A stretch of DNA of 64,000 nucleotides from NCBI RefSeq assembly GCF_916715725.1, contig NZ_CAKAPD010000001.1, positions 175,835 to 239,834 of the forward strand. The letters are read 5' to 3'. The position numbers and the translations under genes were made by a program. Shown here in pieces: positions 1 through 8,910 of this stretch; position 1 is the first letter of the stretch; each line of letters starts with the position of its first letter. Source of the stretch: an uncultured Rothia sp. Lineage in GTDB: Bacteria > Actinomycetota > Actinomycetes > Actinomycetales > Micrococcaceae. The notes under the pieces are model-generated. The model was not told the DNA's origin and ran no database searches. It worked only from the letters and a program-made list of their open reading frames with translations.

Positions 1-510
1 GAGAACCCGTCGAAGGAAGCAGCAGATGCGACCCTCAAGGCTGCATACGATGCGTTGGAACAGTACCGACGCGTTTGGAATGCATGGATGCATGGGAGCA
101 TGGAGCACACGAGCGATGAAGAGCTGCTCCGATACGTGCATAAAAACTTCCTGGAAGACACAAAGGAGGAAGTGGAGAATATTCAAAAGTTCACAGAAGA
201 AAACCACGGTCCTATCAAGGGCGAAATTGCCTTCAATAACATCGATCCAGTCACCTATGGAACCATGAACGACGATGGTTCTGTCTCATACAACACCGGC
301 GCAACCATCACGTTCTGTGAAGACTGGAGCAACGTTCGCTCTGCTGAGGGTAAGAAATTTAAGGACCCGCAGCTAACGCGACGGGTCTTTGTTGTTCGCC
401 GTTCTGAAGATAATGCGTTTGTTGTTATCAAGGCTGAGACCCTTCATAACGGTTGCGGAGACGAAGCAGACGCTACGAGCGAGGCGACCGCATCCACTCA
501 AAGCAAGTAG
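1..510 (+). CDS. hypothetical protein, 5'-partial (frame open to window start; stop at 508-510)
   Basis: Frame 1 is open from position 1; the ORF track gives 55..510. No family is recognised from the sequence. Confidence 0.45.
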   Translation, partial: ENPSKEAADATLKAAYDALEQYRRVWNAWMHGSMEHTSDEELLRYVHKNFLEDTKEEVENIQKFTEENHGPIKGEIAFNNIDPVTYGTMNDDGSVSYNTGATITFCEDWSNVRSAEGKKFKDPQLTRRVFVVRRSEDNAFVVIKAETLHNGCGDEADATSEATASTQSK

Positions 511-608
511 CTGATACTGCACGAGGCGCATGCCGGGCACGCGGGGCGACCGCAGTTGCCCAAAGCGAGTAGTTAACACTGATGGAGGCGCATACCGGGC
601 ACGCGAGG
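486..608. repeat. tandem imperfect duplication of about 61 bp (2 copies) spanning the stop codon of the upstream CDS
   Basis: gcgaccgcatccactcaaagcaagtagctgatactgcacgaggcgcatgccgggcacgcgggg is followed by gcgaccgcagttgcccaaagcgagtagttaacactgatggaggcgcataccgggcacgcgagg. Confidence 0.6.
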
Positions 609-757
609 CGGGGGCTCCGTCCTCAAGGCGCTCAGCGCCGCAGAGGGGGCACTCCCCCGCCTGCGTTGTCCGGTGAAGCCTCCATTGCTGCTACCACCAA
701 ACCTAGCCAGCGCATCCGGCTCAGCATCCCAGACCTGAGCACACGACAAGCGCAACC

Positions 758-811
758 TAGACACAGAAAACCCCCGCCATCCTGTAGCGAACTACAGTAC
801 GGCGGGGGTTT
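758..811 (-). terminator. rho-independent terminator downstream of nusB (GC stem aaacccccgcc/ggcgggggttt plus T-run on the minus strand)
   Basis: Hairpin aaaacccccgcc-N22-ggcgggggttt. On the minus strand it is followed by TTTTCTGTGTC. It lies about 78 nt after the nusB stop. Confidence 0.6.
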
Positions 812-888
812 CACGTACGCTCCCCTGCGGGCACATCCTCAAACAGCGAACCAACCAGCTACAAGCCAGCAGGCCGCGGCGGGATGTC

Positions 889-1299
889 TTACGCGAGCAG
901 GGTCGGCTTCACCTGACGGAGCTTATCCAGCAGACCGTTCACGAACTTCGGAGATTCATTCGTGGACAGCGCACGCGCCAGACCGACAGCCTCAGAAATT
1001 GCGACAGCATCCGGAACTTCATCATTGTACAGAAGCTCCCAAGTGCCAATACGCAACACGGCACGGTCCACGGCGGGCATACGCTCGAAGGACCAGTCAC
1101 GGGCGTAAGTCTCCACAAACTCGCGGATCTCTTCGTCGTGGTCGCGAACGCCACGAATGATTTCCTCAGAGTAAGCAGAGATCTGCGCTACCGTGTACAG
1201 TCGGCGGCGGCGGAGTACCTCAATATAATCTTCGTTGCGCTGATCCGCCTCGAAGAGCACTTCGAGGGCGCGCAATCGGGCTTTAGTACGCGAATTCAT
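889..1299 (-). CDS. nusB: transcription antitermination factor NusB
   Basis: 136-aa ORF with a NusB-like sequence (…AVDRAVLRIGTWELLY…). It lies directly downstream of efp in the conserved efp-nusB arrangement. Confidence 0.9.
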   Translation of the reverse strand: MNSRTKARLRALEVLFEADQRNEDYIEVLRRRRLYTVAQISAYSEEIIRGVRDHDEEIREFVETYARDWSFERMPAVDRAVLRIGTWELLYNDEVPDAVAISEAVGLARALSTNESPKFVNGLLDKLRQVKPTLLA

Positions 1300-1862
1300 T
1301 AGTCGTTCACGCGACCGAGGTACTCACCGGTGCGGGTGTCAACCTTGACCTTGGTGCCGGTCTCCAGGAACAGGGGAACCTGGATCTCGTAGCCGGTCTC
1401 AACGGTTGCGGGCTTGGTGCCGCCGGTGGAGCGGTCACCCTGCAGGCCGGGCTCGGTGTAGGTGATTTCGAGGACCACGGATGCGGGCAGCTCGATGTAC
1501 AGGGGGCTACCCTCGTGCATTGCGATGGTTGCGGTCTGGGACTCGAGCATGTAGTTTGCTGCGTCGCCGACAACGGTTGCGGGAACGTTGATTTGGTCGT
1601 AGGTCTTCATGTCCATGAAGACGTAGTCGTCGCCGTCCTGGTACAGGTACTGGTAGTCGGAGCGGTCAACGGTTGCGGTTTCGATCTTAGCGCCAGCGTT
1701 GAAGGTACGGTCGACGACCTTGCCGGAGGTAACGTTGCGCAGCTTGGTGCGGACGAATGCGCCACCCTTACCGGGCTTAACGTGCTGGAACTCTACGACG
1801 GACCAGAGGTTGCCGTCAATCTTCAGGACGGCGCCGTTCTTAATATCGGTAGTGGATGCCAT
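1299..1862 (-). CDS. efp: elongation factor P
   Basis: EF-P signature ([10 protein letters not shown]…[15 protein letters not shown]). I chose the internal ATG at 1862 because it is preceded by GAAGGAGA. Confidence 0.9.
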   Translation of the reverse strand: MASTTDIKNGAVLKIDGNLWSVVEFQHVKPGKGGAFVRTKLRNVTSGKVVDRTFNAGAKIETATVDRSDYQYLYQDGDDYVFMDMKTYDQINVPATVVGDAANYMLESQTATIAMHEGSPLYIELPASVVLEITYTEPGLQGDRSTGGTKPATVETGYEIQVPLFLETGTKVKVDTRTGEYLGRVND

Positions 1863-1939
1863 GGGGCTCTCCTTCGTGTCATCGACGCTCACGCCGTAGT
1901 GGTACCCGGCGCGGCGCTAAGTTTTCAATGAGCAAAAAT

Positions 1940-1980
1940 ATGTCCCGTATATTCTACAGGATGCGCACGAATTTGCCTAG
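1940..1980 (-). promoter_or_regulatory. candidate sigma70-type promoter for efp-nusB (-10 TAGAAT, possible -35 TAGGCA, 17-nt spacer)
   Basis: The minus strand reads ctaggcaaattcgtgcgcatcctgtagaatata about 85 nt upstream of the efp ATG. Confidence 0.25.
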
Positions 1981-2087
1981 CAGGGGCGCCACAGTTTCTG
2001 TGGCACCCCGCTGGCTGTCGCGTACTGACTGTCATGTGCTGGCAGATACGTGCCGGGTGCGTCCGGTGAATGTACGGGACTCATCAC

Positions 2088-3230
2088 CTACTCGGTAATT
2101 TCCTGGTAGGTCATGTACAGGATCGAGTCGTCCGGCACCTCGTAGACGCGCGGGCGAGCCAGACCGTCAAGAATGATGAAGCGCAGCAGGTTGCCGCGTG
2201 CCTTCTTGTCGCGGCGCATTGCTTCGAGCAGCTGGGGCCATGCGTCTGCCTTGTAGGAGGTGGGCAGGCCCAGGGATTCGAGAATGCGGCGGGTGCGTGC
2301 CACGAGTTCTTCGTCGGCGTGGCCGGTTGCCAGCGCCAGTTCGGCGGCGTAGACCATGCCGACGGACACTGCCGCGCCGTGACGCCACTGGTAGCGTTCG
2401 TTGCGCTCGATGGCGTGGGCGAGGGTGTGGCCGTAGTTCAGGATTTCGCGGCGGCCGGATTCGCGCAGGTCCTCGGAGACGACCTCGGCCTTCACGCGCA
2501 CGCTGCGTTCAATGAGTTCACGCATCACGGCGGACTGCGAGTCTCGTACGGCGTTCGGGTTCGCCTCGATCAGGTCGAGGATTTCGGGGTCTGCGATGAA
2601 GCCGCACTTGACGACCTCACCCATGCCGGTCAGCAACTCGTGCTCAGGCAGGGTGCGCAGGGTGCCAATCTCGCAGAGCACCGCGGCGGGCGGCCAGAAC
2701 GCGCCGACCAGGTTCTTACCCTCGGCGGTGTTGATGCCGGTCTTACCGCCCACGGCAGCGTCCACCATGCCGAGCAGGGTGGTCGGAATGTGAATAACGC
2801 GCACGCCGCGCAGCCAGGTTGCCGCGACGAAGCCGGCAACGTCGGTAATGGCGCCGCCACCCACGGAGATGATCGCGTCGGTGCGGGTGAAGTCGTTCTG
2901 GCCGAGCACCTGCCAGCAGAACGCCGCCACCTGGTAGTGCTTCGCCTCCTCAGCGTCCGGAATTTCGGCGCTGAACGATTCGTAGCCCATAGCGCGCAGG
3001 TCTTCCATGACCAGCTCACCGGTGGAACGCAGGGCACGCGGGTGAATCACGAGCACCTTCTTGGTGCGGTTGCCCAGAATTTCGGGGATTTTACCGAGCA
3101 GGTTGTGGCCGATGAGAACCTCATAGTTCTCACGCGGGGAGCTGCCGGTCACCGGGATGCGGGTGATATCTTCCGCGCCGGAGGCACCGAAAGTGGGGGT
3201 GGGCTGAGTGCTCATCATGTGTCCTTTCAC
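2088..3230 (-). CDS. aroB: 3-dehydroquinate synthase
   Basis: 380-aa ORF with AroB motifs (…GGGAITDVAGFVAATWLRGVRVIHIPTTLLGMVDAAVGGKTGIN…). Confidence 0.9.
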   Translation of the reverse strand: MKGHMMSTQPTPTFGASGAEDITRIPVTGSSPRENYEVLIGHNLLGKIPEILGNRTKKVLVIHPRALRSTGELVMEDLRAMGYESFSAEIPDAEEAKHYQVAAFCWQVLGQNDFTRTDAIISVGGGAITDVAGFVAATWLRGVRVIHIPTTLLGMVDAAVGGKTGINTAEGKNLVGAFWPPAAVLCEIGTLRTLPEHELLTGMGEVVKCGFIADPEILDLIEANPNAVRDSQSAVMRELIERSVRVKAEVVSEDLRESGRREILNYGHTLAHAIERNERYQWRHGAAVSVGMVYAAELALATGHADEELVARTRRILESLGLPTSYKADAWPQLLEAMRRDKKARGNLLRFIILDGLARPRVYEVPDDSILYMTYQEITE

Positions 3231-3240
3231 AGGTGAGGGG

Positions 3241-4593
3241 TTATGCTTGGGGGCGCTGCGCTCGGGAGGCGCGGGTTGCGGTCACGTACGCCTGGATTTC
3301 GGCGGTCATCTCGGTGATGGGGCGGCCGCCTCGTGCGTCCAGGGTGAAGTGCGCCAACTCTTCGTATCGGCTGCGGCGGCGCTCAAAAATTTCGGTCCAC
3401 CGCTCGACCGGGTTCGGCTGCAGCAGCGGGCGGGTCTTGTTGCCGGTAATGCGCGGAGTGACGGTGTCAGCATCAACGAGGATGTACACCACGCATTCGT
3501 CCTTGAGCAGCTCCGCGACCGAGTCGGTCATGGGCGCGCCACCGCCCAGGGAGAACACCGTGTTGCGGTACACGGGCGAGGTGAGGACCTCTTCGATGGT
3601 TTTGCGTTCGAGCTCGCGGAAATACGCCTCACCGAAGATCTCGAAGATTTCGGAGACTTCGCCGTAGCGTTCCACGATGAGCTGGTCGGCGTCGAGGAAC
3701 TCGTAGCCGTAGAAACGCGCCAGGTGCGTACCAATGTAGGTCTTACCTGCCGCCATGGGGCCGATGAGCACAATGGGTCGGGAGCGTTCCGCGAAGTTCT
3801 CGTGCATTTCACGCACCTGCTGCGGGTGGATGCGCGCGCACTCCTCAAGCTCAACGGTCTCGGACTCGACATCCAGCTCCGCCTCGGATGCGGCGCGCGC
3901 CTCGGTTTCGGCAGCGGCCTCAGCAGAATCCACCGCCGCGATTTCCTCGGCCACAGACTCGGCCGCAGAAACCTGAACCTTGCCGAACAGCGCCGGGGTC
4001 GGACGCAACGGCTTGGGCGCAGCGGGCTTGGGTGCGGGGGCAGAGGTTGCGCTCTCCCCCGCCGCGGGCTGAGCCTGCTGAGGTGCGGTCGGCTTGGGAG
4101 CTACCGGCTTCGGGGCGGCGGGCTTGGGTGCGGGGGTTGCGGAAGTTTCGGCCTGTGCCGACTCCTCGCGAGGCTCCTTCTCAGCCATGCCCTGCAGGGC
4201 GCTGAGCAGCTTCAGGCGCAGGTCCTCGTCCAGGCCCAGCGCCGGGTCGGCGTCCTCAGACACCGAGGAGGCGTACAGGCGCACACCCTGCGTGCTCGCG
4301 GCAGCGGCGGGCAGGCGGCGAACCCCCGAACGCATCAGGTCAGCCGGGGTCGGCACGCGAGAAGCCGGGCGCGCAGAAGAAACCGACGCGACAGCCTCAC
4401 GAGCCTCAACGCCCGCAACCTCAGTGCCCGCCGCCTCAACAGCCTGCTCAGCCGCGGCAGATGCACCGGATTCCGGGCGCGGCGAAGCGCCCCCTCGCGC
4501 ACGCTGCGCAGCCGCAGCAATACGCGCAAGGGGGCTCGACGCGACGGGGTGAACGCCCGCAGGCTCAACCGGAAGAGGCACTACGCGTCCCAA
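3241..4593 (-). CDS. aroK: shikimate kinase with a roughly 260-aa Ala/Pro/Glu-rich low-complexity N-terminal extension (alternative internal start at 3807)
   Basis: C-terminal 188 aa match the shikimate kinase domain ([15 protein letters not shown]…[12 protein letters not shown]…). The upstream 260 aa are [10 protein letters not shown]-type repeats. The ORF overlaps the aroC stop by 13 nt. Confidence 0.7.
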   Translation of the reverse strand: MGRVVPLPVEPAGVHPVASSPLARIAAAAQRARGGASPRPESGASAAAEQAVEAAGTEVAGVEAREAVASVSSARPASRVPTPADLMRSGVRRLPAAAASTQGVRLYASSVSEDADPALGLDEDLRLKLLSALQGMAEKEPREESAQAETSATPAPKPAAPKPVAPKPTAPQQAQPAAGESATSAPAPKPAAPKPLRPTPALFGKVQVSAAESVAEEIAAVDSAEAAAETEARAASEAELDVESETVELEECARIHPQQVREMHENFAERSRPIVLIGPMAAGKTYIGTHLARFYGYEFLDADQLIVERYGEVSEIFEIFGEAYFRELERKTIEEVLTSPVYRNTVFSLGGGAPMTDSVAELLKDECVVYILVDADTVTPRITGNKTRPLLQPNPVERWTEIFERRRSRYEELAHFTLDARGGRPITEMTAEIQAYVTATRASRAQRPQA

Positions 4594-5798
4594 CCGGCAA
4601 CGTTAGACTCCCACGCCAGAGACGCCGGAATAGCGTCCAGGTAGGAATCCATGTTGCGGCGAGTCTCACCAATCGAGTCGCCGCCAAACTTCTCCAGTGC
4701 CGCCTCAGCGAGCACCAGGGCGACCATGGCCTCCGCCACCACGCCGGCGGCGGGAACAGCACACACGTCCGAACGCTGGTGGTGGGCGCGAGCCTCTTCA
4801 CCGGTGGAGGTGTCAATGGTCTTCAGTGCCTTCGGCACGGTCGCAATAGGCTTCATTGCCGCGCGCACGCGCAGCAGGTCGCCAATGCTCATGCCGCCCT
4901 CAATACCACCTGCACGGTTGGTATCGCGGGTAACGCCGTGCTCGCCGATGGAAATCTCGTCGTGAGCGGCAGTGCCGGGGCGGTCAGCGGTCGCGAAACC
5001 GTCGCCCACCTCAACGCCCTTAATAGCCTGAATACCCATCAGGGCTGCGGCAAGGCGCGCGTCCAGGCGGCGGTCCCAGTGCACGTACGAACCCAGTCCG
5101 GGAGGCATACCGTACGCGAGCACCTCAACCACGCCGCCGAGGGTCTCGCCGTCCTTGTGCGCCTCATCCACACGCTGAACCATAGCTTCCGAGGTGGGCT
5201 TATCGAAGCAGCGCAGCGGGTCAGCATCCAGCTGCTCAACGTTGCGGGGCGAAGGCACCGGAGCGCCCTCGGGAGCGTGCACGCCACCCACAGCAACAGT
5301 GTGAGAAACCAGCTCAACACCCAGAGCCTTCAAAATCTGGGCGGCAACCACGCCAAGAGCCACGCGGGTCGCAGTCTCACGAGCGGAGGCGCGCTCCAGC
5401 ACCGGGCGAGCCTCAGAGAAGTTGTACTTCTGCATACCCGCAAAATCGGCGTGACCGGGGCGCGGACGGGTCAGCGCAGCATTACGCGCACGACCCTCAA
5501 TCAGCTTCGGATCCACAGGGTCGGAGCTCATCACGTCAGTCCACTTGGGCCACTCGGTGTTCGCAATCTCAATCGCGACCGGGCCGCCCTGAGTCAGTCC
5601 GTGACGCACACCGCCCAGGATGCGCACGCGGTCCTCCTCGAACTTCATGCGGGCACCGCGGCCGTAGCCGAGTCGGCGGCGAGCCAGGGCGTCACGCACC
5701 ATGTCGCTGGTGAGTTCCACACCGGCGGGTACGCCCTCAATGATGCCGACGAGCGCCTCGCCGTGGGATTCTCCGGCAGTGAGCCAACGCAGGGCCAT
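4581..5798 (-). CDS. aroC: chorismate synthase
   Basis: 405-aa ORF ([26 protein letters not shown]…). An AAAGAGG Shine-Dalgarno (SD) sequence precedes the ATG. Confidence 0.9.
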   Translation of the reverse strand: MALRWLTAGESHGEALVGIIEGVPAGVELTSDMVRDALARRRLGYGRGARMKFEEDRVRILGGVRHGLTQGGPVAIEIANTEWPKWTDVMSSDPVDPKLIEGRARNAALTRPRPGHADFAGMQKYNFSEARPVLERASARETATRVALGVVAAQILKALGVELVSHTVAVGGVHAPEGAPVPSPRNVEQLDADPLRCFDKPTSEAMVQRVDEAHKDGETLGGVVEVLAYGMPPGLGSYVHWDRRLDARLAAALMGIQAIKGVEVGDGFATADRPGTAAHDEISIGEHGVTRDTNRAGGIEGGMSIGDLLRVRAAMKPIATVPKALKTIDTSTGEEARAHHQRSDVCAVPAAGVVAEAMVALVLAEAALEKFGGDSIGETRRNMDSYLDAIPASLAWESNVAGWDA

Positions 5799-5917
5799 AG
5801 GTTAACCTCTTTTCATCGCACCCGCACCGAAGCGCAGGAGGAAGGAATAATAATTCTTCACGTGTATAAATAGTGTATAAAATGCCCGTTTACTGAGCGA
5901 GTGAAAGCACGCTTTTT

Positions 5918-6853
5918 TCACGAAACGGAAGCACGAGGCTCAAGATCAACCGCCGCACACATCGCGTTGATTAGACCCAGCAGTTCGGCGGGCTGCAGTT
6001 CGCGGCCGGTAAACAGCAGAACCTGCTCCACCGCCTGGTACAGCAGCATCTCCAAACCGGAGACCACCGTGCCGCCGTTCGCCTCCCAGGCGCTCGCCAG
6101 CACCGAAGGCCACGGGTTATATGCAACATCCAGCAGTACCGGGCGGTGCGTCGCGGAAGCGCCCTCCAGCTGCTTCAGCTGGCTCGCCCACTCATCCGCC
6201 GCACGAGCAGGAAGAGTAGACACCACCGGATGGTGACCGCGCTCAGCAAGATTCTGCGGCAGCTCAGCTAGGGAAATCTGCTCCAGCTGAACGCCCAGAC
6301 GGTCCGCCGCCTCCTGCACGCTACCGAGCTTATGCAGAGAACGGGCGTACACGCTCACACGGGAATACCCCAGCTGATGCAGTGCGGTCAGGGCGGAAAT
6401 AGCGGTCGCTCCCCCACCCACAATCGCGGCAGAATCCTTGAGTGGCTGCGGCTCCAAACCGGCGTGGCGCAGCGCGTTCACAATGCCGATCACGTCCGTG
6501 TTATCGCCCAGCACCTTCTCACCGCGCGGATACACCGTGTTCACCGCACCGGTCACGCGGGCAGTCTCACTCAGCTCATCGCAATACTGAATGACCGCGG
6601 TCTTCAACGGCATCGTCACCGACAGACCCGCAATATACGGGGCGTCCTCCGTGCCGTCCGGATGGCGCACACCGTGCATAATCGCCGGCAAATCATCGGG
6701 CAGAGTATCGCGGCGATCATAACCCAAATTCTGCTCACCCAAAAAGTCATACGCGGCACGATGCAGCGCAGGCGACAGCGAATGCGCAATAGGGTGCCCC
6801 AGCACGTAGGCGCGGCGAAGATACGGGGCTTCACGGTACGGCTCAGTCTTCAT
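5918..6853 (-). CDS. aroE: shikimate dehydrogenase
   Basis: AroE-like sequence (…GVIGHPIAHSLSP…LGDNTDVIGI…). I chose the internal ATG at 6853 (MKTEPYREAPYLRRAYVLG…); the longer ORF reaches 7066. Confidence 0.8.
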   Translation of the reverse strand: MKTEPYREAPYLRRAYVLGHPIAHSLSPALHRAAYDFLGEQNLGYDRRDTLPDDLPAIMHGVRHPDGTEDAPYIAGLSVTMPLKTAVIQYCDELSETARVTGAVNTVYPRGEKVLGDNTDVIGIVNALRHAGLEPQPLKDSAAIVGGGATAISALTALHQLGYSRVSVYARSLHKLGSVQEAADRLGVQLEQISLAELPQNLAERGHHPVVSTLPARAADEWASQLKQLEGASATHRPVLLDVAYNPWPSVLASAWEANGGTVVSGLEMLLYQAVEQVLLFTGRELQPAELLGLINAMCAAVDLEPRASVS

Positions 6854-7154
6854 CGATACTCTCTCGCTCTCAACGCTGGGGAACGCTCTCAACACTTGGG
6901 GCTTGCGGGCTTGCGGACACGCACGCCACGAACCCGCGTTCATAGGCGCACCCTCCCATTTTAAGGGACAAACCACTATTCGGGTATAGCCAAATAACCG
7001 ACCGCAACCGAGTACAACCGAGCACCCCCGGCATTCGGGTACAGCAAAGGCGGGCACCTCCCCCACTCTCGTGGAGGCGGTACCCGCCTCAGCAAGAAAC
7101 CTTCAGTCCAAAGCTACCGAATCGTAGCTACCGGCTGAACCAATCAGTAGCAGC

Positions 7155-8348
7155 TTAGCTACAACGGTTCGGATGCTTAGAACACCACTGGTTGTACTCT
7201 TCAACATAACGCTGGTGCTCAGCGTACGTGCGGGAGTACTTAGTCTCACCGGAATCCAGATCCACAGTCACCCAGTAGAAGTACGGGTTCTTCTCAGGAG
7301 CCGCAGCAGCCTTAATCGAAGCCAGCTGCGGAGAACCAATCGGACCCTTAGGAAGACCCTTATGCGCATAAGTGTTGTACTTATTGCTCTTATCGGCCTT
7401 CTGCTCTTCCGTCAGGTGGTACGAGCGGACACCCAGACCGTAAGTCACGGTCGCATCCGACTGGATCAGACCGGAGGTCTCACCATCGGGGTTGTTCAGA
7501 CGATTCTCAATGATGCCTGCAACCGCCACGTAGTCCTTCGGCTGAGCCTCAAGCTCCACGATGGAGGCAATAGTCAGCACCTCAAAGATCTTCTGATCGC
7601 CGCTCACGCCGGCTTCCTTCAGGTCAGCCTTGGTCTTATCAACCATGGTCTGAATGACCTTCTTGATGTCGGTGCCCTTCGGGAAGCGGTACTCACCCGG
7701 GTGCAGCCAACCCTCAATCGAGGGGAAGTTGCTCGGCACACCGTACTGGGTGTAGTTGCTGACTGCGTCCTCAACCTGCTTGCGGGTGAACGCACCATCG
7801 GAGCCAGAAACAATCAGATCGATGGTTTCGCTCACGCGCTTACCCTGCGGAATCGCCAGGTACAGTACGTTGCTGTTCGCCTCAATAATGGTCTTAATCG
7901 CGCTCGAGCTGCTCATGTGCTGCTGCAGTTCATAGGTGCCAGGCTGCAAGTACTTACCCTTGCTCTCCTTGGTGTACACCTCAAGGAACTTATCAGCATC
8001 AGCAATGACGCCAGCGCTTTCCAGCTCCTCAGCCACCTGCGCGGTGGACTGACCGGAACGAATCGTGAACGTCACGGTCGTGCCGTTACCGCCACCCGAG
8101 TAGTCACGATTCTTGAACGGGTCGTAGCGAGTAATCAGGGCACCAGAAATGATGACCAGAGCCACGACAAACAGGGAAATTGCGCTCAGCATGACGGCGC
8201 GGCGGCGGCGCTTACGCGCACGCAACGTAGCCACCGACACGATTTCCTGTTCCATCGTAATGCCGGTAATACCCTTACGTTCGTCCTCGGCCGTGGGCCT
8301 AAAGAGGTCGAGCCCGCTCTCTTCGGGATGTTTATTCTGTTCGGTCAC
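7155..8348 (-). CDS. mltG: endolytic murein transglycosylase MltG (YceG-like)
   Basis: 397-aa ORF with an N-terminal TM segment. It carries YceG/MltG family motifs in the C-terminal half (…AAAPEKNPYFYW…). Confidence 0.8.
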   Translation of the reverse strand: MTEQNKHPEESGLDLFRPTAEDERKGITGITMEQEIVSVATLRARKRRRRAVMLSAISLFVVALVIISGALITRYDPFKNRDYSGGGNGTTVTFTIRSGQSTAQVAEELESAGVIADADKFLEVYTKESKGKYLQPGTYELQQHMSSSSAIKTIIEANSNVLYLAIPQGKRVSETIDLIVSGSDGAFTRKQVEDAVSNYTQYGVPSNFPSIEGWLHPGEYRFPKGTDIKKVIQTMVDKTKADLKEAGVSGDQKIFEVLTIASIVELEAQPKDYVAVAGIIENRLNNPDGETSGLIQSDATVTYGLGVRSYHLTEEQKADKSNKYNTYAHKGLPKGPIGSPQLASIKAAAAPEKNPYFYWVTVDLDSGETKYSRTYAEHQRYVEEYNQWCSKHPNRCS

Positions 8349-8908
8349 TGAAGGTTCTCCGTTTCGTTGACGGCACCAACCGCGGTCCCTTCTGACTCGG
8401 ACGGTCGGTTTTCTTCGTGGGCCGGATCGCTCACCTTGTACCCGGCTACGGACTGCCCCGCCTTGAGGGCATCCAGGCTGTACTGCAAAATATTCACAGC
8501 CGCCACCTGGTCAACCATAGTCTTGAAATCTCGGCTGGAAACCCCAGCCTCGTGCAGTGCACGGTGAGCGCTCACGGTGGTGAGTCGCTCATCCACCAGC
8601 CAAATGTTAATGTGTGTTTTCTCTTCGGCATCCAGCTCGGAGCGCAGAGCCTGCGCGTACTCCCGAGCCATTTCCGTGGAGGGAGAATCCCCACCACGCA
8701 TGGTCTTCGGAAGCCCGACGAAAACCTCCACCACCTCGTTCACCTCAATCAGCTTGCGCAAAACACGGCGGTCAGAGTTCTTCTTCGCGTCGCGGCGCAG
8801 CGTCTTGAGCGGGGTGGCGAGGATACCGTCGGGGTCGCTGAGGGCGGTGCCGACGCGGGCGTTACCCACATCGACGCCCATCCGCACTCCGCGCTGGAAT
8901 TCTGCCAT
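8345..8908 (-). CDS. ruvX: Holliday junction resolvase-like protein RuvX/YqgF
   Basis: MGVDVGNARVGTALSDPDGILATPL… is the YqgF N-terminus. Its 4-nt overlap with mltG matches the conserved alaS-ruvX-mltG order. Confidence 0.85.
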   Translation of the reverse strand: MAEFQRGVRMGVDVGNARVGTALSDPDGILATPLKTLRRDAKKNSDRRVLRKLIEVNEVVEVFVGLPKTMRGGDSPSTEMAREYAQALRSELDAEEKTHINIWLVDERLTTVSAHRALHEAGVSSRDFKTMVDQVAAVNILQYSLDALKAGQSVAGYKVSDPAHEENRPSESEGTAVGAVNETENLQ

Positions 8909-8910
8909 AT

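Noticed and set aside
582-1160. 192-aa plus-strand ORF overlapping the terminator and antisense of nusB
   Set aside because: It is an Arg/Pro-rich shadow frame crossing a terminator hairpin and antisense to nusB.
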